Shown one piece after another: positions 1 through 6,357 of a DNA stretch of 13,216 nt (its first letter is position 1; the number at the start of each line of letters is the position of its first letter). The translations under genes were made by a program, and so were the position numbers. The stretch is from Candidatus Eiseniibacteriota bacterium (lineage in GTDB: Bacteria; Eisenbacteria; RBG-16-71-46): NCBI GenBank assembly GCA_044222065.1, contig JBGAOA010000087.1:1-13216 (forward strand), in the 5' to 3' direction. The notes under the pieces were generated by a model. That model was not told where the DNA came from. It saw nothing but the letters and a program-made list of their open reading frames with translations, and made no database searches.

Positions 1-2
1 AC

Positions 3-50
3 CTCGTCGAGCTGCTCGGACGCGCTCACGCGCCGCGGGGCCGCGCGTGA
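3..50 (+). CDS. 3' end of an upstream CDS (partial, product unknown)
   Basis: Open frame LVELLGRAHAPRGRA* ends at TGA 48-50 and overlaps the GTG start of the next gene (GTGA overlap typical of translational coupling). Confidence 0.5.
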   Translation, partial: LVELLGRAHAPRGRA

Positions 51-1375
51 GCGCGCCGCGCTTCCGCGTCCGCGACGCCGCGGCGCTGTTCCTCGAGCGC
101 CAGCATCTCGACCGCCCGCGCGGACGCAGGCTGACGCGCGCGAACCTGCTCGCGTTCGCCGAATCCACGGGCGGCATCCAGCTCGACTCGATCAACGTCG
201 TGGACCGCGCGCACTACCTGACCTTGTGGACGCGCTTCGGCCCCTACGACCGCCGCACGCTCGACCGGCTCGTGTACCGCGACCACGTGCTGTTCGAGTA
301 CTGGTCGCACGTCGCGTGTCAGATCGCGATCACCGACTTTCCCGCGTGGCGCCGCAACCAGCTCGGCTACGGCGTGCGCTCGAAGGCGTGGGGCGTGTTC
401 CTGAAGAAGCACGCGAAGACGATCGCGGCGGTCGAGGCCGCGGTGCGCGAGCACGGACCGATCGGCACGAGGCACTTCGAGGAGCCGCAGCGGAAGCGCG
501 CCGCGGGATGGTGGAACTGGAAGCCCGCCGCTCACGCGCTCGACTACCTGTGGATGGCCGGCCGCATCGCCGTGCACTCGCGCGAGCACTTCCACAAGCG
601 CTTCGACCTGATCGAGCGCGTGCTGCCCGCGGCGCTCGAACTCGAGCCGCTCGCGCGCGAGGAGTTCCCGCGCTGGCACGTCGCGCGCTCGCTGCGCGCG
701 ATGGGCGCGGCGACGATCCGCGACCTGAGCGCCTACCTGAACTACCCGCGCGTGCCGGTCGCGATCCGCCGCGCGGCGCTGAAGAGCCTGATCGCGGACG
801 GCGCCGTCGTCGAAGTCGAGATCGCGGGCCTCCAGGGGCCGTGGTTCGCGCTCGCCGCCGACCTCGACGCGCTCGCCGCCGCCGGACGCCGGCGCGCGCC
901 GAGCCGCGGCTCGGCGTTCCTCGCGCCGTTCGACTCGCTGCTCTGGCATCGCGAGCGCGCGGCGAAGCTGCTCGGCTACGACTACCGCGTCGAGGTGTAC
1001 GTGCCGGCGCCGAAACGCAAGCACGGCTACTACGCGCTGCCCGTGTTCGTGGACGGCCAGCTGATCGGCCGCGTGGACGCGAAGAACCACCGCGAAGAGG
1101 CGCGCCTGGAACTCAAGCGCGTGCACTTCGAGGACTGGTTCGTCCGCGGCGCCGAGCCGCCCGCGGCCTCGTGGGGACGCATCGCGCGCGAGCGCGGCCT
1201 CGCGGCGTTCGCCGACGCGGCGCGCTCGCTCGCCGCGTTCCTCGGCGCCGAGCGCGTGACGCTCGGCAAGGTCGCGAACGCCGCGCTCGCGCGTCCGCTG
1301 CGCGCGGCGCTCGACGGCGGCGAGGCGAGCGCTCGCACGATCGCGCGCGAACCCGAACCCGCCGAGGTCGGCTGA
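47..1375 (+). CDS. ycaQ: YcaQ/AlkZ-family (HTH_42, winged-helix) DNA glycosylase, putative interstrand-crosslink repair; YcaQ-like QxD subtype
   Basis: Motifs IQLDSINVV..AHYLTLWTRFG (catalytic QxD), FEYWSH, GWWNWKP, FLAPFDSLLWHRER, YDYRVEVYVPAPKRKHGYYALP and GRVDAK match YcaQ-like proteins. Codons are strongly G/C-ending. Confidence 0.9.
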   Translation: MSAPRFRVRDAAALFLERQHLDRPRGRRLTRANLLAFAESTGGIQLDSINVVDRAHYLTLWTRFGPYDRRTLDRLVYRDHVLFEYWSHVACQIAITDFPAWRRNQLGYGVRSKAWGVFLKKHAKTIAAVEAAVREHGPIGTRHFEEPQRKRAAGWWNWKPAAHALDYLWMAGRIAVHSREHFHKRFDLIERVLPAALELEPLAREEFPRWHVARSLRAMGAATIRDLSAYLNYPRVPVAIRRAALKSLIADGAVVEVEIAGLQGPWFALAADLDALAAAGRRRAPSRGSAFLAPFDSLLWHRERAAKLLGYDYRVEVYVPAPKRKHGYYALPVFVDGQLIGRVDAKNHREEARLELKRVHFEDWFVRGAEPPAASWGRIARERGLAAFADAARSLAAFLGAERVTLGKVANAALARPLRAALDGGEASARTIAREPEPAEVG

Positions 1376-1376
1376 C

Positions 1377-1847
1377 GTGGCGGCGAAGAAGCGCGCGGCG
1401 AAGCCCGGCCCGGCGAAGCGTCCGCAGCGCCCGGCGGCCTCGAAGCCGCCGGCCGTGGGCTATTCGCAGCGCAGCCGCGTGGACAAGCTCGGCGTGAAGC
1501 CCGGGCACCGCCTGGCGCTCCTCGGCGTGGACGACCCGGCGATCCGCGCCGAACTCGCGGAGCGCACGAGCAACGTGATCGAAGGCCGCGCTCCCGCGCG
1601 CGCCGACGTCGTGCTGCTCGGCGTGAAGGCGCTGCACGACCTCGACCGGCTCGTGGCGCTGCGCGAACGCATCGCGCCCGACGGGATGATCTGGGCGATC
1701 TGGACGAAGGGCCGGGCCGAACTCAAGGAAGACCACGTGCGCCGCGCGGCGCTCGCGAACGGCCTCGTGGACGTGAAGGTGATCGCGTTCTCGGAGACGC
1801 TCAGCGGCTTGAAGCTCGTGATCCCGGTCGCGATGCGGAAGCGGTAG
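1377..1847 (+). CDS. DUF3052-like protein with a Lys/Ala/Pro-rich N-terminal extension
   Basis: GYS...KLGVKPG, GMIWAIWTK and GLVDVKVIAFSETLSGLKLVI resemble the DUF3052-type family. GTG start lies 1 nt after the upstream TGA, with a GAGGT SD-like sequence at 1364-1368. Confidence 0.75.
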   Translation: MAAKKRAAKPGPAKRPQRPAASKPPAVGYSQRSRVDKLGVKPGHRLALLGVDDPAIRAELAERTSNVIEGRAPARADVVLLGVKALHDLDRLVALRERIAPDGMIWAIWTKGRAELKEDHVRRAALANGLVDVKVIAFSETLSGLKLVIPVAMRKR

Positions 1848-1877
1848 GGGCGAGCCCCGCGGCGTTTTTCGCCGCTT
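1847..1877 (+). terminator. Possible weak terminator (tandem hairpins) after the DUF3052-like gene
   Basis: GGGG-cgag-CCCC (1847-1858) followed by GCGGCG-ttttt-CGCCGC (1859-1875). The T run sits in a loop, so the geometry is atypical. Confidence 0.3.
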
Positions 1878-1904
1878 GCTCCGCCGGGCCGCCGGCGCGA
1901 CACT
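1876..1904 (+). promoter_or_regulatory. Candidate sigma70-type promoter for the 2064 gene
   Basis: TTGCTC-N17-GACACT. Spacing is ideal but both hexamers are only partial matches. Confidence 0.3.
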
Positions 1905-2063
1905 TCCGCGCGTCGGGCCGCCGAAGCCCGCCCGCGCGAGCCCCTCGCTCGCCCGCGCCCGCGACCTCGGTGCGGAGACGATCCCGCGACTCGAGTCAGC
2001 GAACGCCGCTCAACACGAGCCCACCCGGCCGCATCGGGGCCCGCCGCCCCGGAGGCAACGTTC

Positions 2064-3677
2064 ATGGTCCGGCGACCCGCTGCGTCGCTCGCCCCGAGCG
2101 TACCCGCGCCCCCCGCGCGCGCGCTCGTTCGACTTCCAATCGCTGCGCTGTTCGCGTGCGTCGCGGCGGCGGTGCTCGCCGCGCCAGCGCCCGGGAATTC
2201 CGCGGCACTGGGGAATGCGGCCCGCGGCGTGCGCCAGGCGCCTTACGCCTCGAGCCGCCGGGCCGACGCGCCTCGCGTGACGCTGCTCCCCGACACGAGC
2301 GTCGTGTGGCCGCAGCCCGGCGAGGGGTCTACCGACGGGCACCGCTGGCAGCAGTTCTCGGTCCTTCCCGACCTGTGGAAGAAGCCGTCGTACGGCGGCG
2401 CGAATCTGCCGTGCATGCTGTACGTGGACTGGAACGATCGCCGCGGCAACGAACGCGTGTGGGTCTCGATCGCGGACTCGATCGGCGCGACGGCCGCGAC
2501 GAAGTGGGGCGCGCACAACGGCTGGCACGCCGCGGGCGGCCAGAGCGTCAACGACCCGGCCGCGTTCGTGAACAAGAACGAGCAGCCGGGCACGACCTGG
2601 GACCTGTACGGGGTCAAGGCCGCCGAGTCGCTCAACAGCGGTTCGGGCTCGATCGGTTCGCGCACCGCGCACCGCGAGACGTCGCCTGCTGCGCGCGCCT
2701 ATCGCAAGGACGCGCGCAACGCCCCGACGATCGAAATGCTCGAGGCCTACTACGAGATCGTGATGATCACGACGGGCGACCTGAGTTCTGCCCTCTTCGG
2801 ACCGTTCAACGACAAGTCGTCGGACGATCAGGGCGTCATCGAGCAGTGGCTGCTCGGCGCCACGAGCACGGCGCACCGTGGCCTCTGGCTCATCGGCGAT
2901 GGCGCGATCGAAGCGACGGACGGTGATCCGTGGCTCAACAACTTCTCCGTCTCGCTGGCCTCGAACTCGTACCTGCTCGCCTCGGGCAACACGAATGCGT
3001 GCACGGACCTGATCGTCTACTCGCCGATCACGTCGAACGACGACATCTACGGCGTCCGGAACGGCTGCACGTTCACGGACGACGTGCTGAACGTCGAAGC
3101 CGGTGGCGCGATGGGCGCCGAATACACCAACTTCGACCACGCGGCTACGCCGTACGTCGCGTCGGTGTATCACCCTGCCGTCGCCCCGAACTACTGGGAG
3201 TCCATCGTGGACGGCTTCGACATCGAGAGCCTGCGCAGCCGGTTCTGCGATGGCTCGATCGGTCGCCCGCGGCACTTCATCACCGCGTTCTCGAACGTCT
3301 TCAACTCGATCTGTACGGTTACAGGCATGCTGTATTGCTACCTGTGGCCCCCTTGCTGGGGCGACGTCCCCGAGTCCGCCTCGCCGGCGTTCGTGAACGG
3401 CCTCTCGCTCCGGAACTCGCCGCTCCTCCGGGGCGAGCTCGGCGTCGCGCTGTCGCTCGCGGCCCCGGACCGCGCGACCGTGACCGTCTACGACGTGAGC
3501 GGCCGGCGCGTGCGCACGATCGCCGACCGCCAGCTCTTCCGGGCCGGCGAGCACGTGCTCGCCTGGGACGGCGCCGACGACTCGGGCCGTGCGGTGCCGC
3601 GCGGCGTGTACTTCGCGCGCGTGCGCTACGAGGCGAGCGGCTTCGAGTCCGCGCGGAAGACGATCATCGTGAAGTAG
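2064..3677 (+). CDS. Putative secreted protein of unknown function with a C-terminal FlgD-Ig-like / T9SS type-A-like domain
   Basis: GGAGG SD at 2051-2055 before the ATG. Basic then hydrophobic N-terminus (LPIAALFACVAAAVLAAPAPG). C-terminal VYDVSGRRVRTI...GEHVLAWDGADDSGRAVPRGVYFAR...RKTIIVK. The body is not recognised. Confidence 0.8.
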   Translation: MVRRPAASLAPSVPAPPARALVRLPIAALFACVAAAVLAAPAPGNSAALGNAARGVRQAPYASSRRADAPRVTLLPDTSVVWPQPGEGSTDGHRWQQFSVLPDLWKKPSYGGANLPCMLYVDWNDRRGNERVWVSIADSIGATAATKWGAHNGWHAAGGQSVNDPAAFVNKNEQPGTTWDLYGVKAAESLNSGSGSIGSRTAHRETSPAARAYRKDARNAPTIEMLEAYYEIVMITTGDLSSALFGPFNDKSSDDQGVIEQWLLGATSTAHRGLWLIGDGAIEATDGDPWLNNFSVSLASNSYLLASGNTNACTDLIVYSPITSNDDIYGVRNGCTFTDDVLNVEAGGAMGAEYTNFDHAATPYVASVYHPAVAPNYWESIVDGFDIESLRSRFCDGSIGRPRHFITAFSNVFNSICTVTGMLYCYLWPPCWGDVPESASPAFVNGLSLRNSPLLRGELGVALSLAAPDRATVTVYDVSGRRVRTIADRQLFRAGEHVLAWDGADDSGRAVPRGVYFARVRYEASGFESARKTIIVK

Positions 3678-5022
3678 CCGCGTGCGCCGGAAGCTCGGCG
3701 TCCAGTCCGAGCCCCCGGTGCAGCAGCCGCACCGCGCGGTCGGCGTCGGCTTCGGCAACGACGAACGACAGGTTCACGCGCGAGGCGCCCTGCGAAATCA
3801 TCTCGACGCCGATGCCGACGCCGCCGAGGAGCGTGAAGAGGTGTCCCGCGAGCCCGACGCGGCGCGGCGCGCCCTCCCCCACGACCGCGACGACCGCGAG
3901 TCCGCCGCGCACCTCGACGTGGCCGATCGCCTCGAGTTCGGCGAGCGCGGCGCCGAGCCGTGCCGCGTCGTCCACCGTGACCGAGATCGAGACCTCGGAG
4001 GTCGTGACGAGGTCCACGACGATCCGGTGGCGGCCGAACACCTCGAACACGCGCGCGAGGAAGCCGTGCGCGAGCAGCATGCGCGTCGAGGCGATCGTCA
4101 CCGCGGTGACGCCCTTCTTCGACGCGATGGACTTGACGCACCAGCCGTCCGCGGCGCCGTCCGCGTGCGGCGTGATGCGCGAGCCGGGATCGCCGGGACG
4201 CGCGGTGTTGAGCACGCGCACCGGGATGCCGTGCTCCATCGCCGGCAGCAGCGTCTTCGGGTGCAGCACCTTCGCGCCGAAGTACGCGAGTTCGCTCGCT
4301 TCGGTGAACGACAGCCCCGGCACGACGCGCGCCTCGGGCACGATGCGCGGATCGGCCGACAGGAGTCCGCTCGTGTCGGTCCAGATCTGGATCTCTTCGG
4401 CGCGCACGGCCGCGCCGACGATCGCGGCGCTGAAGTCCGAGCCGCCGCGTCCGAGCGTCGTGATGCGCCCGTCCTCGGTGCGGCCGAGGAACCCGGTGAC
4501 GACGCGCACGGGCCCCGGCGCGGCGAGCGACGCGGCGAGCCGCGGCAGCGCGTCGTCGAGCGGATGCGCGCCGCCGAAGTGTTCGTCGGTGACGAGCCCC
4601 GCGTCGCCCGCGAGCACGGCTTCGGCCTCGACGCCGAGTCCGCGCAGGCCGCCCGCGAACAGGGCGGCCGAGAGTCGCTCGCCGTGCGACAGCGCGAGGT
4701 CGCGTTCGGCGCCCGCGAGCGGCCGGCCCGACGCGCGCCACGCACGTTCGTCCCGGAGCCAGGCGGCGGAGGCCGCGGCCCAGGCGTTCGGCGGCACGCC
4801 GGCCTCGAGCGCGAACGTCGCGTGACGATCGGCGAAGGCGGCCGCGAGCGCGTCGCGCCGCTCGGGCGCGCGGGCGTACTCGACGAGCAGGTTCGTCACG
4901 CCCGAGAGCGCGCTCACGACGACGACCGGGCCGCGGTCGAGCCGCTCGCGCACGAGTTCGAGCGCGACGCGGAAGTTCGCGGGAATGCCGACCGACGTGC
5001 CGCCGAACTTGAGAACGATCAC
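3664..5022 (-). CDS. lysC: Aspartate kinase (monofunctional, two ACT domains, AKIII-like)
   Basis: KFGGTSV, VVVSA, SHGERLSA, TLGRGGSDFSA, IWTD..G...ADPRIVP, ELAYFGAKVLHP, and ACT segments TTSEVSIS and MISQGAS. Start revised to GTG at 5022 with GGAGG 5 nt upstream. Overlaps the convergent 2064 gene by 14 bp. Confidence 0.95.
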   Translation of the reverse strand: MIVLKFGGTSVGIPANFRVALELVRERLDRGPVVVVSALSGVTNLLVEYARAPERRDALAAAFADRHATFALEAGVPPNAWAAASAAWLRDERAWRASGRPLAGAERDLALSHGERLSAALFAGGLRGLGVEAEAVLAGDAGLVTDEHFGGAHPLDDALPRLAASLAAPGPVRVVTGFLGRTEDGRITTLGRGGSDFSAAIVGAAVRAEEIQIWTDTSGLLSADPRIVPEARVVPGLSFTEASELAYFGAKVLHPKTLLPAMEHGIPVRVLNTARPGDPGSRITPHADGAADGWCVKSIASKKGVTAVTIASTRMLLAHGFLARVFEVFGRHRIVVDLVTTSEVSISVTVDDAARLGAALAELEAIGHVEVRGGLAVVAVVGEGAPRRVGLAGHLFTLLGGVGIGVEMISQGASRVNLSFVVAEADADRAVRLLHRGLGLDAELPAHAATSR

Positions 5023-5092
5023 ACGGGCCTCCGGTCGCGACGCGGCGGGCGCCCGACGGCGCCGCGGCGGCGCGCGCTCGAACGTGCGGCGC

Positions 5093-5125
5093 ACTCTACA
5101 CGAACGCCGCGCGCTGTGGTTCAAT
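5093..5125. promoter_or_regulatory. Candidate back-to-back -10 elements for lysC (minus) and the CapA-family gene (plus, possibly leaderless)
   Basis: Minus strand TAGAGT (5098-5093). Plus strand TGG-TTCAAT (5117-5125), 7 nt before GTG 5133, which has no SD. Confidence 0.35.
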
Positions 5126-5132
5126 CGCGCGC

Positions 5133-6305
5133 GTGAAACGACGCGTGTTCCTCATCCGCTCGCTCGCCGCCCTTGGCGCCGCCGTGCTCGGCCGCCGCGC
5201 GTTCGCGCAGTCCGGCGTTTCGGTTCCCGCACCGGCCGAGTCGTTCGACACGCTGCGCGTCACGCTGCCCGATTCGACCGCGGAGGCCGCGCCGCCCGCC
5301 GCCGTCACGATCGCGGCCGGCGGCGACACGGTGCTCGGCTACAACCTCGAAGCGCACTTCGACGAGCAGCTCGCCGCGGGGCGCACGCGCGACGAGTTGT
5401 ACGGGCTGTACTTCGCGGGCGTGCGTCCGGTGCTGGAGGCCGCCGATGTCGCGCTCGTGAACCTCGAGTGCCCCTTCACCGAGCGCGGCGTGAAGCTGCC
5501 GAAGAACTTCAATTTTCGCGCGCGCCGCGAACTCGTCGAGATCCTGAAGCGCGGGTCGGTGGACGTCGTGACGATGGCGAACAACCACACGATGGACTGG
5601 GGCCCCGACGGGCTCGAGGACACGCGGCTCACGCTCGACGACGCCGGCATCGGCCACTTCGGCGCGGGTGACGACCTCGCCGAAGCCCGCGAACCGCTCG
5701 TCGTCGTGCGGAACGGGCTGCGGATCGGCTTCCTCGGCTACTACTTCCAGAACGACGAGGACATGCTCGAGCCGCGCGAGCTGTACGCGCTCGCGAACCG
5801 CGCCGGCGTCGCCGGCTCCTACACGAGCCTCGGGCCGATGCGGCGCATGCTCGCGGACGACGTCTCGTCGCTCGCGCGGCGCGTGGACGCGGTGATCCCG
5901 TACTTCCACTGGGGCAAGGAAGGCAGCTACGACGTGCGCGACTACCAGGTCGAGCTCGCGCACCTCGCCGTGGACCGCGGCGCGCGCGCGGTGCTCGGCG
6001 CGCACCCGCACCGGCTGCAGGGCGTCGAGGTGTACAAGGGCGCCCCGATCTTCTATTCGCTCGGGAACTTCGTGTACGGCGGCATCAAGGACCCGCCCGA
6101 TCCGCTCACGCTGATCGCGCGCCTCACCGTGGACCGCGCGTCGGTGTCCGCCGACGTCGTGCCGGTGCGTTACACGCGCTGGCCCGACGTGCCGTTCCAG
6201 CCCTACGTGCTCGAGGGCGAGGAGCGCTCGGCCGCGATCGCGCGCTTCGCCGAGCTGTCGCGCTCGTTCGAATCCACGTTGCCCGCGCTCGCGGCCGGCC
6301 GGTAG
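5133..6305 (+). CDS. CapA (PGA_cap) family metallophosphoesterase-fold protein with a Tat signal peptide
   Basis: Motifs GGDT, VNLE, MANNH, FHWG, GAHPH and YSLGNFV. N-terminal KRRVFL twin-arginine motif, h-region and AFA|Q cleavage site. Confidence 0.9.
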   Translation: MKRRVFLIRSLAALGAAVLGRRAFAQSGVSVPAPAESFDTLRVTLPDSTAEAAPPAAVTIAAGGDTVLGYNLEAHFDEQLAAGRTRDELYGLYFAGVRPVLEAADVALVNLECPFTERGVKLPKNFNFRARRELVEILKRGSVDVVTMANNHTMDWGPDGLEDTRLTLDDAGIGHFGAGDDLAEAREPLVVVRNGLRIGFLGYYFQNDEDMLEPRELYALANRAGVAGSYTSLGPMRRMLADDVSSLARRVDAVIPYFHWGKEGSYDVRDYQVELAHLAVDRGARAVLGAHPHRLQGVEVYKGAPIFYSLGNFVYGGIKDPPDPLTLIARLTVDRASVSADVVPVRYTRWPDVPFQPYVLEGEERSAAIARFAELSRSFESTLPALAAGR

Positions 6306-6357
6306 CATCTTCAGGCCTTCGGCGTCGCGGATGGGCCGCGGCCCGACCGGCCCCCCG

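Noticed and set aside
1911..2015. c-di-AMP (ydaO) riboswitch suggested by GCCGAA and GTCAGCGAAC
   Set aside because: The central conserved GGGGA/GGGGYGAA elements are missing, so the resemblance is fragmentary.
2064..2200. Lipoprotein lipobox at LFAC
   Set aside because: Phe at -2 is non-canonical and the hydrophobic stretch continues after the Cys, so an SPase I signal is more likely.
3301..3362. Diversity-generating retroelement variable region
   Set aside because: There is no template repeat or reverse transcriptase in the window. It is kept only as a compositional anomaly.
5023..5132. Lysine riboswitch upstream of lysC
   Set aside because: The intergenic region is only 110 bp and shared with a divergent gene, which is too short for the lysine riboswitch aptamer, and no characteristic motifs are visible.
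5133..6305. Poly-gamma-glutamate capsule locus
   Set aside because: Only a CapA-family gene is present, with no capB, capC or capD neighbours.
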